A DNA stretch of 64,000 nucleotides from Geosiphon pyriformis uo1 (Eukaryota > Fungi > Glomeromycota): assembly GCA_016748015.1 (NCBI GenBank), contig JAAOMT010000414.1, positions 214,481 through 278,480 on the forward strand, written 5' to 3'. The notes below the pieces were generated by a model that had not been told where the DNA came from, searched no databases, and worked only from the letters and a program-made list of their open reading frames with translations. The stretch's first letter is position 1. Each line of letters opens with the position of its first letter. Of this stretch, positions 1 through 13,877 are shown piece by piece. The translations under genes were made by a program, and so were the position numbers.

Positions 1-78
1 CATCTTCTTCATATTCCTGATCCTATAATTATATAGAGTCTCAGTAACCTATGATTCAATCTTATCCCGAAACATCCC

Positions 79-705
79 TTTTAAAGGCCAGAGGTTTGAA
101 GCCACAATCGAAGAATTATTCTTCGATGACAACATTCCTCCTGTTTTAAAGGCCAAAGGTTTGAAGCCACAATCGAAGAATTTTTCTTCGATGACAACAT
201 TCCTCCTCTTTTAAAGGCCAGAGGTTTGAAGCCACAATCGAAGAATTTTTCTTCGATGACAACATTCCCCTTTAAAGGCCAGAGTCCTGAAGCCACAATC
301 GAAGAATTTTTCTTCGATGACAACATTCCTCCTCTTTAAAGACCAGAGGTTTGAAGCCACACTCGAAGAATTTTTCTTCGACAACATTCCTCCTCTTTAA
401 AGGCCAGAGGTTTGAAGCCAAAATCGAAGAAGTTTTCTTCGATGACAACATTCCTTCTTTTAAAGGCCAGAGGTCTGAAGCCACAATCGAAGAATTTTCT
501 TCGATGACAACATTCCCCTTTAAAGGCCAGAGTCCTGAAGCCACAATCGAAGAATTTTTCTTCGATGACAACATTCCTCCTCTTTAAAGACCAGAGGTTT
601 GAAGCCACACTCGAAGAATTTTTCTTCGACAACATTCCTCCTCTTTAAAGGCCAGAGGTTTGAAGCCACAATCGAAGAAGTTTTCTTCGATGACAACATT
701 CCTCT
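79..705. repeat. Tandem array of 10 units of ~60-65 bp, each with an internal inverted repeat
   Basis: Unit approximates TTTAAAGGCCAGAGGTTTGAAGCCACAATCGAAGAATTTTTCTTCGATGACAACATTCCTCCTC. Units are adjacent, with no spacers. ATCGAAGAA/TTCTTCGAT form a hairpin. Confidence 0.97.
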
Positions 706-737
706 TTGAATTGCAATGTACTGATGATATACAGTAC

Positions 738-950
738 CTCAAGGTTTGCCAACATTTCCATAGCCTTTGTTTTTTTGATTTTTGATGCGCACTTGCTCCT
801 TAAAAGAGTTTCCAGGGACTCTTTAATGTGTTCAGTAATGAGGGATTTGTCACCCAAAAGCTCCTCCTGATCCATACACCATTTTTCGAAATTTAAAAGG
901 CTCCAGGTTAAGGGTGGGGTAACACTTGGATAATTGTTTTTTAATTTCAT
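738..950 (-). CDS. First exon (71 codons) of an uncharacterised host gene that continues off the left edge
   Basis: ATG at 950, open frame MKLKNNYPSVTPPLTWSLLNFEKW...ANLE, then GAG|GTACTG donor at 737. A candidate acceptor TTATAG|GAT at 23/22 gives in-frame DQEYEED; an alternative acceptor at 49/48 is also open. No decay stops. Confidence 0.6.
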
Positions 951-1029
951 TGCAAAGTCAGGAAGTCACCACAAAGGAAATTTTTTGGTTGGGTCAAGCG
1001 AATAAAAAGAGCAGAGGATGAAAACAATT

Positions 1030-1165
1030 GGAAGACGTGATGCGACGCGCAAAAAAATTCCCAGGATGTAATTGGTCAATATATTTGATGTTCCCAAGTG
1101 ACGTCACATCCGATTTTGTTGCATAGATTAAATATTTTTGCTACAAATGTGTAAAACGCGCGTGG
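1030..1165 (-). promoter_or_regulatory. Putative CpG-retaining promoter of the minus-strand gene
   Basis: Perfect CRE/ATF palindrome GTGACGTCAC at 1098-1107. ACGCG (MCB-like) at 1045 and palindrome ACGCGCGT at 1156-1163. CCAAT on the minus strand at 1071-1075. All lie 95-215 bp upstream of the ATG. Confidence 0.5.
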
Positions 1166-1998
1166 TGATATTAAGGGTAGCAAGAACAAGTTGTGCTTGT
1201 ATGTATTCCTCAAAATCATGAAGACCAATTACTCAAATTGCAATAAAGGGGAAGCTTTGTCAATATGTAAATTTTTAATTGTGAAAGCAATTTTTAATTA
1301 TCTACCATCACCTTCAAAATATGAAAGAATAAGTTCAGCGGTCGATTGTACAGTGATATCGCCTTTTAATTATTTATGAGAAAAAGATTTAAATTTTTTA
1401 TAAATATAGTTTAAGTGTATTCATAACTTACAATTTTATTTTAAAAAGAATAAGAAATCTAAAACATTTTTTGTTTTATTATAGTTATAGTCTAATTATT
1501 TTTTGTTTAATTGTAGTCATAGTTTAATTATAACTATAGCTTATAAATTTATTTCAAAAAGAACAAAAGTTTGAATTATTTTTTATTTAATTATAGTTAT
1601 AGCTTAATTATACAATTTTATCTTAAAGAAAATAAAAAATTTGAAGCATTTTTTTTAATTGTAGTTATAAAAAGTTTAACTCATTTTTTGTTTATATAAA
1701 AAGTTTAAACCATTTTTGTTTAATTTTATTTATTTAATTATATAATTTTACTTTAAAATCTAAATTATTTTTTTGTTTAATTATAATTATAGTTTACAAT
1801 TTTATTTTAAAAAAACAATAAATTTAATTATTTTTTATTTAATTATAACTATAATTTACAATATAAATACAATAAAAACTTAAAATAAAACTTCTTTTTC
1901 TCTTACATTTAAAATTCTCTAAAAAGCATTATTTTTTAAGATAGAAGTTTTTTCTTGTTATTTTTTTTCAACATTCTCTAAATAATAATCTTTTTATT

Positions 1999-3875
1999 GT
2001 GGATTTAGAAACTGCTACAAATAGTAACATGTCTAAGAAAAAAGTGTCTAAAAAGGCTTTTTATGGTCCTGCTAATTGCTTTTTTTCTCAAAAGAAAAGT
2101 GTTATTTTTGACAATATTAAACACTCTGAAGATAAGAAGAATATATTTTTAATCAAATCTGGTTTTGGTGAAAGAGTGTTTTTAAATATAGATAAAAAAT
2201 CTAGTAATAATAATAACAATAACTTTATAATAAATACTAAGAATGGGTTTTTTTTTGGTACAATTGCTACTATTTTCAAGACCAAAAAAGTAATTTCTGA
2301 TGTAGTTTGTGACTTTTCTTTTGATTTTCTTAATTTTGATATAGAAAAAAAAGTTGGTCTTTTTCTATTTCCTCTTAATATTTTATTGAACAGAAAATAA
2401 ATTAATTCTAAGATAATGAAAATTTTAGTAAAAGTATCTGTTAAGAAATTTTTTACTTTGAATATTAATTTCTCAACAGTGAAAAGCAAATCAGTAATGG
2501 CAAAAACTCAGCTTATTAGGAAAATGTTTTCATTAGTCAATGGTTTTAAAAGGGCTATTACTTTCTTAAAGTTTAAAAAAATTATTAAATCTACATTTAC
2601 TTTAAAAAAAAACATGGAAAAAGCTGTATTATTGACCAAAAATAAAAAAATTGTCATAAACAATAATTTTAAAAAACAAAATATTCATTCAAATTAGGCT
2701 GTAGTTATTAAGAAAATTTTCATAAATATGCCAAAAAAAATGATTATTGTCATAGTATTCAAATTTGGCCAAATTAAATTAAACCAAAAATAACTAATTG
2801 GGCTGTAACAAAAGACTATAATAGAGTTTGCCAAATTGAGTTAGACAAATTTGTTGGCTTCAAAATAGTTATTTTTAATTGAAAAAAATTTAATACATAT
2901 GACAAAAGCTGTAGAAAATCAAAATACTTAAATGTTTAAGAATTAATTCAAAGCACTTTTGTTTACTTTTTCTATAGAAATGACTGTTTATAATCTTGGT
3001 ACTTTATTAAATAGAATCAGTAAAAAAATTTGTATTATTAATCAGTCATTTGACACTGGTAATAGAATTTGTTATACTGTAATTGGTTTTAAGTCTAATA
3101 AGAAAATAAAATCTGTTTTTTACACAGAACCTATTTTTGGTGATATAAAACTTTTATGAACAAAATTGAATTTAGTTTGTTATAAAAAATGTGAACACTT
3201 TAATTGTTTTTCTTTAAAATGTAATTCTATAAATGAGTCTGCCATAGTTGTAAAAAAAATTTATAAAAAATTTATCTCAAATAAGAATTATTTTCAATTA
3301 GTATATTTGTATGCTAAAAAAGTGTTCTTATTTCTCATTCTGTTGTTTTTAGTGACAAATTATAAACACAAGTGGTTTTATTTTTTATTTTTTCTAATAA
3401 TATTTGCTTTAGTATTAATTATAAGTTTTTTTTTTCTGGTTTCTTATGTGTTAAAAATATTTTCTCTGTTAACTAAGATGACTTATCTATTGCCAATTAC
3501 TTAGCTTTTTTAGAACATTTTTTGGAGCTTTTGGCTAATCAAGTATTGGAGATTATGTAAAAACTTAGTGGTATAAAACTGATGCTTTTGGTATTTGTTT
3601 TTTATTCTTCTTTTTTAGCTATTTTTGTGTTATTAAATTCAAATTCAAATTTGAATATAGTTTTAAATAACTTATTAATATCATCTATTTTTACTCTTTT
3701 AATTGTAAAGAATAAGGCTTTAAATTTTGGTTTGAGTAGTTTAAAGGTTCTAATTACCAAGGTAAGTGGCTTAGAATCGAAAATAGTGGCTCTTAAAATG
3801 TTAATTAATTTGGTTTTAGCAAGATTAAATCAGTTGTACTTTGACTCAAGTTTTTTGGTTTTCTTTTTATTTTAA
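1999..3875 (+). pseudogene. LINE-a ORF1 (RRM-like plus CCHC knuckle), fragmented
   Basis: Collinear ORF pieces from 1999 to 3875. A degenerate knuckle (CYKKCEHFNCFSLKC) lies near 3178-3225. Confidence 0.7.
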
Positions 3876-5255
3876 TAATTAGCTTAATATGAAAGTTTGC
3901 TACATATAATATTCAAAGTATTAATGTTTCTGTAAAGCAAAAAGATGTTGTTTATTAATACAAAAATTTGAACAATATGATTTCTATAATTACAAAGACA
4001 AAATTTAGGTTTAATATTAGATCATAAATAGTTAATAAATTTAATAAAGTGCAAATTTTCATATTTGGTTTGGATAAAAGTTTTTTCAGAATTGGAATAA
4101 CAATTATTATAAACAGTTTTCTGGCTTGGCATATCTCTAAAATAAAGAAAATGTCTAATTATATTATTTTGGTATGGCTTCTTTTCAAGAACAAATTTTT
4201 AGTTACAGTTTTAAGTTTATATGCTGGTGCTTTGGCTAAAGTTAGGTTTAATCAGGTCTTAAAAAACAATTTTTTTATTGCTTAAGCAGTCAATTTCAAT
4301 ACTTTTATAGTTTTGAGTGGAGATTTCAATAAAAATAAATCTAAAAAAAGTGCAAGTCTCAAGTTTTGTTTAAATCTAGGTTTAGTTAATTTATTTAGTG
4401 GGCATTTATTGGCTAAAACTTTTACTTAAAATAACTCAAAGAAAATTAAAAAGATTATAAATTACATTTTTGTAAATAAAAGTCTGTTATCTATGATTGC
4501 TGATTATAAAGTTGACTTTGTGTTTGACTTTTTTAATACAAACTACAAGATTGTTTCAGTTTTAATTAGTTTGGATGGCTTTTTGAATGTTTATTTAAAT
4601 AGTATATATAAACAAGTTAATAAGAATTGTTAGAAAGTTAAAATTAAAAATACAGATTAAACTAAATAATTGTAATTTAAAGAGTGTGCTTCTGCTAAGT
4701 TTGTGGCAATAATAGATGAGTTTTTGAAGACAAAAAGTTGTGTAAATTTGGATGTTATATAAGAATTATTAAGAAAGATAATGGTAAAGTCAGCTAATAA
4801 AACATTTTTTAGATATTAGTTCAGTAAGTTTTATTATTTAAAAAACAAACATTTTTCTAAGTTTTTTGGTTTGAAATTGCTTATTATCTAATTGATTAAG
4901 AGACTAAGCTCAAGTAATATGCTTAAATTTGATTGTTTTTTTTAAAAATAGTTAATATTAGATAAAATAGAGACTTATAAGACTATTAATATAATTCAGA
5001 ATAATAGAAAATATGTGAACATTTTTAAGTATTTGTTAATTGTTCAGAAAAAATACAGAAAGTTCAAATTTTATAAGTCTAAATTGGCTGAAAAAGTATT
5101 TATTAAAAATGCAATTAAAAAACATATAGAAAGTTTTGTTTTTAATAAAAAAAAATAATAAAAAGTATTTTGAACTGGCTATTTTACAAGATAATTCTGG
5201 ATTACTTAGTAAAAAAAGACAAGCTAGTTTTAAAACTAGAAAAAGTAAAGCTTGG
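3872..5255 (+). pseudogene. LINE-a ORF2 N-terminus (AP endonuclease and linker)
   Basis: Degenerate motifs KFATYNIQSIN (~3892), ITKTK, VLSGDFNK (~4310), INYIFV (~4457), TNY (from TDH). Confidence 0.8.
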
Positions 5256-6496
5256 TAAAATTCTAATTGAACTAAATTAAACCAATTTTTTAAAGTAAGT
5301 TTGGTTTAAATTTGGCTTTAAATCTTTTTAACAAGTCTAAATTTGGTTTAAATCTGATTTAAAGTTTATGAATTTGTTTAAGTTTAATAGAATTAAAAAA
5401 ATATATTTTGTACTACTTGTTTATTAATTATTACTTTATTTAATTACTATAATCAGTTAAAGAAATATATAAAACTATATATATATAACAACTTTACTCT
5501 TTAACTTACCAAAATAAATTTATTGTCAGTATTATTCAATATTATTAAAAATTTAAAATTTAAAATAACAAAATTTAATAATCTAAATAGTCCAAATATT
5601 AATATATTTGGTAAATATAGTTTTTAAAGTGAAGTATAGAACTATTTTAATAAGTTTGAATAAATGAAAAAAAACAGCTAAATATACAGTCTTAAAATAT
5701 GTACATAAACTATTTTTTTACAGAATTACAGGTACTATCAAACTTTTATAGTATTATTTAAAGGCTTTTTACCAAACAGTATATATTATAACAAAAAAAT
5801 ATTATAAAAAAAAGCAAAATGTTCTGAAAGATTGAAAATTAATTAAAAAAATATTTTGATGAATGAGATTGGTATTTTTTTTTATGATTTTTGGCCAATC
5901 TAATTAAAAAAATGCTCTAGTCTTTTACAATAACTGTTATTAATGTTAATAATAAAAAACTTCATAACATGATTACTATTTGGTTTATTAATTGCTAGTA
6001 ACCACTTTTTACAATAAAAAACTTTAAATTAATTAAAATATTTTAAAATTTGAATCTTACTTCTTAATTTGTTTGTGTTGATATAATTAAAAATAAAGTC
6101 ATATAATTCTATGTCTTAGATAAACAAAAATTAAAAATAAGTACTATTTTTATTATAAAATATATCTTTTTTTTTATTTATATTTATAATATAATAAACA
6201 TATTTAAGTATTATTAAGTTTAAAATTTTTTTTACATCAGATTTCTAAATATCTTCTAATAACAAAATTTTAGTTTCTGTTATTGTTCATTATATTAATA
6301 ACAATTGGAATTTTCAACAAACAATAATTAATTTTAGATTAATGAGTAGATAACATAATAGAATAAACATTATATATAGATTTTTTAAAGTATTAAAAAA
6401 TTATAAAATTACATTAAAAGTATATATATATATTTTACATAAATTTGGTTTAATCAATAACCAATAATAAAATTAATATATTATGTAACATATTAA

Positions 6497-6828
6497 TATT
6501 ATTTGAGATTCAGAGTTATTATAGTCTTCATATTATTGAATATTGTATTTTTTTAATATTGGCTTAAATTGGTTTTCATTATTGCTTTAAAGTTAAATTT
6601 TTGGTATTAGTATTATTTAAGGCTTAAAATTATCACAATGTCCATATCATTGAAAATTTTGTTTTTTCAATATTGGTTTAAATTAGTTTTTATCATTGCT
6701 TTAGAGCTAAATTTTTGTCATTAGTATTATTTGAGATTCAAAGTTATTATAGTGCTTATATTATTGAAAACTACATTTTTTTAATATTAGCTTAAATAGT
6801 TTTTATCATTGCTTTAAGCCAAATTTTC
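6497..6828. repeat. Three diverged ~114-bp tandem units inside a predicted transposase intron (6420-6933)
   Basis: TATTATTTGAGATTCA...ATTGCTTTA-type unit recurs at ~6497, ~6611 and ~6726. GT at 6420 and TAACAG ending 6933. Confidence 0.8.
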
Positions 6829-7635
6829 AGCCAAAAAAATTAAAAAAAAAGTTTAAAAAAGAGTTATACTTATTCTTTTTTTATACAAGTTTATTATTAA
6901 TTTTATTAATTATAGCTTAATTTTTTTTAACAGCTTTTTGCTATTATACTCAATAATATTACAAATAATAGTACTTTTATAAAAGAATTAACAAAAAATT
7001 AAAAAAAGAAAACATTCAATAGAACTTGGAGGATTTTCAATTTCAATGTTTTAATTATATTCTAAACTTGACAATATAAATAGCTTTAGATAAAATAATA
7101 ATGTTTTAAGATATTTGTTAAAAATTCAAATCAAATATATTTATCTAAAATTTTCTTAATATAACTTTGTATAAATTAAAGATTAGAAAACTTAACTCTG
7201 CAATTTGTATCTTATTCTAATGTTTTAAGCTTTTTAAATACATTTTTAATAAATGTAAAATTAAATACTATAAACTTATTTTGAATTGTTCTATTCAGTA
7301 GAATTCTGCTTATAATATAGTTAGAAATAAGTTATTTCTTAAATCAGCAAGTTATTTATTTTTAATTCCATATATTTTAAATACAAAAATTTTAACTGTA
7401 AATTTATAGGCATTAAACACTATTAGCACTCATATTAATTTTTATCAATATGCTATTTCACATAATTAGTGAACTGTCTTTAATAAAATTGTTAAATTTT
7501 TTGAACTATTTAAGAATATTACAATCAAAATATTAGCCAGTTTAAATAATACTGTGTTTTTAATTATTTTCTTTTTTAATATTATTTTTAATCATATTGA
7601 AGACATGATTAATAATAATAAATTTGGTAAAGCAT

Positions 7636-8416
7636 TGTTACTCATAAAAAAAGAGTACAAGAAAAGTAGTAAAGAAAACAGATAAAAAATAGACTAATAG
7701 GAGAATAGTATTTAGCATATAAGCACATTATTTAGCAATGTGAACATTGTTCAAGAATGTGTATGATATCATATAATCCAAATTATGTATATATAGTAAG
7801 AGTATTAAAAACAGAATTCTTAGTTTAGAATCTTCAATTTCAATTTCATATTTATTCTTTTATATGATAGTATTCTATAACTTGAAATAAAAACATTAAA
7901 TATCAATAAAAATACTTATTACTATCACAATCTATCTTTTTATTATTAACTATTCATGTTAATAATTGCCAATACTTAACTACACTAGACCAATAGCTTT
8001 TGATTATGACTATTAACAGAATATTAACTCTTTCTTGCCTTGGCTTATTTTCTTTATTTTTTTTTCTGTTTTATTGTTTTGTTTGTTATTTACTAATTGA
8101 TTAAAAATTAATATGTGGAGTTATTAATGTCAAAAAAACTGGTAAAAAACCCATAAAACAAGAGTAGAATACTCATAATTGAGAATAGTTTATTAGAAGA
8201 ATTACTGGCCATCATGCTAAGAAAAAAATTAGATGGAATTATGATTCTGAGAAGCTATAAATAAAACAATACTTAAATTTTTGTTTATTATACAAAAGAC
8301 TTAAACCAAAATCTTCAGATCATAAAAACCTTCAAAAACTAACACTATTATATTAATTAAGTATTAAGTTACAGGTTTGTTATTTGTATTAACACCCCAA
8401 ATAATAATCTATAAGA
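7636..8416 (+). mobile_element. Solo LTR, family A (A3-like subtype)
   Basis: TGTTACTCAT...CTATAAGA (decayed TGTAACA). Perfect 4-bp TSD GCAT. Reverse-complement similarity to LTR 29168-30054. Confidence 0.9.
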
Positions 8417-10067
8417 GCATTATAATTTCAATTGTATTTATTTAACATATTTAATATTAAATTTATTACTTATTATAGCAGCTAAGACAACAAGAAGAAA
8501 AATTGGTTAAATATTACTCTAAAAATAATACAACTCTAATGCTCTGTACTGTATTAGATCCAAAGAAAAAATTTCATTATTTCATAAAGAAAAATTTTTT
8601 AGATAATAATATTAATAAAACAAAAAAATTATAAGTTATTAATTTATTTAAACAGTTTTATTTTCCAACTTTCACATATTAAATAAATTTTTAAAATATG
8701 TATTTATTTTAAAATAAAGTATATATTAAATATTATATCAACATTAAATAACAGTTTTTTGTTGAATGGCAATTTTAATAATACTATAGTATTAGTCACA
8801 TAATTCATATTAGAACCAAATTTTAACAATAATAAGAAAAAAAAACTTGACAAAATTGATTATTATATCTCTAAAAAAATAACTAATAAAAAAATAAATA
8901 TAATAGTATAATAGAAGATATATTACAAAAAATATTTATCTAAATTAACATTTTATTAATAACTTAATATTTAGGCATATTAAACATAATATTTTTATTT
9001 TATATGTATGATTTGTAATTATTTAGCAATCCAAAGATTATTTGTTGTTTTTAAATGCACTTTTTCTATAGATAAGAATATGATTACAGATATAAGATGT
9101 TACTGGAAGTTTTTGATCTCTTTTTTTTAATGTTGTTAATATCTGTTGGTTGTAAATTCACGTTTTTTGGAAGTAGTTGGACCTCCAATAACTGAATTTA
9201 TCTTTAAATTATCTTCTATAATTAAAACTGCTGAACTTATAAGTGGAATGGCCAATTCTGTGCCAGTTGTTTTGTATAGTTATATTGTAATAAATGTCAA
9301 TTCTTTTCCAGAAATTACTTGTCTGAAAGCTTACTAAAAATGTGTAGTTATTTTGCTGTGAAAGTTAAATTTTCTACAAGAATCTCATTTGTAGACTACC
9401 TTAATGATTATAATAAGAAAAATAAAAAAAAATAAAAAAAATGTAAAAAAAATAAGATGTTGTTAAGGAAATCGTTTTCTATTTAGGCCTGGAATCATTA
9501 ACAGGTTATTGAAATTGGTAGCTAATCAATTTCAAAACATTAATTGAGTTTTTGTGAATGTTAAATATAATAATTAAGGATTTGGTTTTTTGAATATTTT
9601 AATTTTTATTTGAATTTTGTAAAGGTATATAAAAAAGATGATTTGTTCTAATTAAGATATCTAAGATAAGATACATTTTCTTGAAAAAAGAAACTCTTCT
9701 TTTATACAACTTGTTGTAGTACTAGTCTTTGAATTTGCACTTTTCTCTTTGCTTTAATTTTAGCAAACTAAAGATATATTTTGGTAAACTACAAGTTATT
9801 TTCACAAACTATTGATTATTTCGGCCAATTTCTGCTAATTTCCGCGAATTTTTGAATATTAAATGGTTTAGAGTATTGTGTAATTTGATCATCTTAATTT
9901 CTATGATACAAATTAGATTATTAATTAAATAATAATATTTGATAATTTAATTAAATAATAAGTAATTATGAAAAATAATAATAATATATACTAATTAATA
10001 ATAGGAATTATAAGAATAATTTCATGCTAATTAATAATTAAAATTTTATGGTAACATAATTTTTTCC

Positions 10068-10545
10068 TCAAAATTGAATTCCATTAAAGTCCAAGTATTG
10101 TCTGTAATATTAAGATAATAATCCAAAATAATTGTGGTAATTTGGTTTGAAAATTGTTGAAATTTCAGTTTTATAAGCTTTCTAATGTACTAAATCTTTA
10201 TTGGGTAGAGTATTGGATTTTGTAGGACATTTTTGTAAGTATTAAATAAGTCATAGAGTTTAAAAGCTGCTCTAAGTTTGTAGTAAGTGTTTGTTGGTCC
10301 AACTGCTGTCTTGAATTCATTGTGAATTTGTTTTTGTATAGCTTTAGGAGTGCTTTGTGTTGTTTTAAGTTCTATTTTTTGTTTATATAATGTTTTTCCA
10401 ATCTGAAAATATCTATAGATAAGAATATGTTTATTGTTCTGTTCATTGAAAAATAGTAGAAGTTTTTGTTGGATCATGGCATTTGATGAAATATCAATAG
10501 AGGCAATTAAAAAATTTTTTTTTAAAGCTTGCTTTAAAAATTCTG
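10068..10545 (-). pseudogene. B1 ORF3 C-terminal part
   Basis: ORF 10190-10477 (..IYRYFQIGKTL..RAAFKLYDLF..). Its 3' end matches B2 52895-52954. Confidence 0.75.
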
Positions 10546-13500
10546 GTTGTTAATTTTTAGTAAAATAGATTAAGATTGTTGTGATTTTTCTTCTGGCTCA
10601 GGTTTTTTAAACTCAATTTCTTCTTAGTTGTTTTTGCTAGACAAGAAAATATTAAGAGCATAGTATTCTGAACACTATTTGTTATTACAAGACATAATGC
10701 ATTCTTCACATAATTGAATATTTATTTGTTTTAATCATTGAATTTGAGCTTCTTGGATTGAATAAATGTAACTTGCAATTTAGTAGTATGTTTTTACTTT
10801 ATCTTTGTAGTTGAATCCAGCTAATTTTATAGTGTATTCAATGTATTTAGCTTCTTTTATTTGACAGATATTTTTCTGTGTGGCTCTATTAATTAAAGCT
10901 ATTGCTAAATCAAAGATTATTTTAGCATCATAAGAGTAGTAGTAGAGTTTGTTGAGAGCACTGTTGTATGCTGCATCAAAAAGTGTTCTTTTTCTGACTT
11001 TTTTTGAGATTGATAGAGCATATTGATAGGTTTGGTTACATACTTTTTTTCTTATTACAATATTAATCCAGTTGTATTCTTCTGGTAATATATTTCCACA
11101 TGTGAAACAAAGAGTGTTGTCCCATTTTCCACTTTGTTTGGAGTATCCAAATTGTTCTTTATGGCATGCTTTATAATAGTAATAGATGCAAGTTTCATAT
11201 TTTTCTTCTAAAGATATGTATGCTCCCATTGATAAAAGTTTTTTCTTGTAATTTTTACATTTAAGTAAAATATAAGATAGTTGTTTTCATGGTTTTGGTG
11301 TAAAGTATTGAACAATATTTTATTCTTTGGTTTCTTTAAAGATTTTTTGTTCTGTTTTTTTTGCTCAATTGGATGTTAATTTAAGAGCCATGAAAGTTTT
11401 AATCACTGGTTTTTCTTTCTCCTCTTCAAATTCAAATATTGAGACTTTTTCTGATTATTTGTTAAAGATACTACATATAGCAGATACTCTGGTATATTGT
11501 CCTTGATATGAAATCTTTAGTTCTTGGGTTTCCCAATTTAGATTTGCATTGGTCTTAAGGAGCCAATTATTTCTGACAAAAGTTTGATATTGGGATGTAT
11601 TTATGACAAGAACTTTAACTGAAATAATAATTCTATTAATTGTAAAAAAGAAATTATCAATTTTTTCTACTGGGGTTTTCTTCATATTATTAGCTATAAC
11701 AATTACTGTTTGGGCTGGTCTGTTAATATTTCAATTGAATTGTTGTATTAATTGGTAAATAATAATACTTCTAACTAATTCACTATCTAAAATTAAATGA
11801 ATTTGTTTTTTTTTACTTTAGCTTTAGTATATATAACTGTAATTGCTTTTTGTTTATTGACTGGTATATTACTAAGCAAGAATGATAATTTATTAGCTTC
11901 AAATTCAAATAGAAATATATCTAAAAGATTGGCATTTTGAGCAATTTGAACTAATAGAATAGTATTGTTGGAAGAGTTTAATCTTAGTGCTATAGCTTTA
12001 TCTTCAAAAAGTGTAGTTTGTTGAAAATCCAGTTTCTCAGACATTGTTAGATAACTGGGTTGAGTGTAGTAGTAATTGAATCTTTGCTGACCAGAATTTT
12101 GGGGAACTAACTGATTGTTTGGGTTGATTCTATTATTGTTATTCTGAAATTAATTTTGAGGTATGAATTAGTTTTGTTGAACCAATTTTTGAGCAGATAT
12201 TTGATATTGTTAAATGAATAGTGATTGGTATTGTTAAACTGATAAAGACTGTTGATATTATTGTTATATTGGTTGTAAAGCAAATTAATTGTAATTGTTT
12301 TAATTTTGTAATCTTAGTAAGTAAAAAGTTGGTAGTAAAAATTAGTAATAAGATTGTTGTGGTTGCAAATAATATTGATTATTCTTGTTTTGTTGGTTTT
12401 TTTGCATCTTTTTACAATCTCATTTTCAATGTCCTGAAATTTTACAATAGTGATAGTTTTATAGTTGGTTGTTGAATAATAAAAGATAGTTGTTTTGATT
12501 GTGTTATTGGAGTGATTGATATCTTTGTGGTTGTTGCTGTTGTTGTTGGTTAGTAAAATAGTTTTTGACCTTCTTTGTGAATTGTTCAATTTTTTTTTTA
12601 GCTGCTAAGCTGGTTTTTCTGATAGCAAAATTCACAAGTTTGATATGGTTTGCTTTTTCTATTGCTATTTCATAGTTTTTTACATGTCAAATAGCTGTAG
12701 CTAAGTCTTCTAAAGCATGAGGGCAAACTTTCTTAATTAATTTGTTTTTTAATTCTGCAATAAACTGATCCAAAATTTGGACATTGAAATAATATTTGTT
12801 GGTTTTTAATTGTCAAATTTGTCAGAAAAGTTTGTTGAATTTCCCAAGATAAATTATAACAAATTCAGATAATTCTTGTTTGATGTTTCGAAATTGGTTT
12901 TGGAGTATAATAGATGTGTTGTTGTTAGTATATTGTTATAAAAAAGCATTTTTAAATGCTTGCCAGTTTTTAAAGAGTGTATTTAAGTTTTCAAATCATT
13001 TTTTTGATGTTTCTTGGAGAAAGTATGAGATTGCTTTTAGTATTTTTGCTGCAGTTTATCTATTTGTATCTCCTGTTTTCTAGACTTTGTCAAGCCATTT
13101 TTATGAACTGGTATTAGCATCTTTTTCTGTGAATTCAGTGATTTTTGCAATGTATATGGTTGTCATTTTTTCTTTATTTTCTGTAGTTTCTTCTTGTTCT
13201 GATTTGGTTTTTTTACTTTCTAAGTTCTTTGAATAATTACTTTGATTTTCTTCTAAATAATCAAAAAGATTGATGCTGGTTAATATTGGTTCTTGCTGTT
13301 AAGTAGGACTTTTGGGTAATTGAAAATCTTCTAGTCTTAAAAACCAAATAAGTAATAAATTTGGAGTTTGTAATTGAGCAAGTGAAATTGGATATAGTAT
13401 AATAGAAAGTAATAATTTAATACTGGTTTCTTGTTTAGGTGTTTGCAAGTGTTTGGCAGTTGTTTTTGGTGTGTTGTAAGTTGTATAACTAACTTGAAAT

Positions 13501-13877
13501 GTCTTCTTTTGCTTTTTGTTGTTGCTATTTTCTGGTTTTAATTCAAAGTCAAAAGTGTATTTGGACTGTACTGGATATTTTTCTTCATAATACTGAATAA
13601 TATTAAAGTTAAGTTCTTGAAAGTAGGTGTCAAGTGTTTCATTGTTAAGGTTTTTAGTTTCCAATTGTGAATAGTATAATAAATTATTATAGAGGTTGTT
13701 TTTAACTTCTAAAATGTTGTAGTTTTTAAAAAGATAATTGTTAATGCAGTTTTCAATGTATTGATATAATGATTTTTTGAAAATTTTAATTCCATTCTGG
13801 ATGTTAAATTTTTGCTTGTAGTAAGTATAAATTGATTAATAATACTTTAGAGTTGTTGTGTCTGCTGGAGTTATCAC
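10545..13877 (-). pseudogene. B1 gag-protease-Cys-rich region
   Basis: ORF fragments 13299-13664, 11793-12044, 11455-11685 and 10780-11229 align to the B2 polyprotein. Confidence 0.9.

Noticed and set aside
81-635. Overlapping short ORFs in the satellite
   Set aside because: Unit lengths are not consistently multiples of 3 and the same peptides appear in several frames, so these are repeat artefacts.
79-705. CRISPR array (palindromic repeats)
   Set aside because: Units are contiguous with no unique spacers, there are no cas genes, and the context is eukaryotic.
1191-1379. 62-aa plus-strand ORF
   Set aside because: TTG start, no motif and no supporting signals.
1380-1900. AT-rich stretch with recurring AATTATAGTTATAG; similar A/T-only stretch at 61410-61950
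   Set aside because: Probably eroded repeat or LINE-flanking sequence. Too degenerate to define a unit or function.
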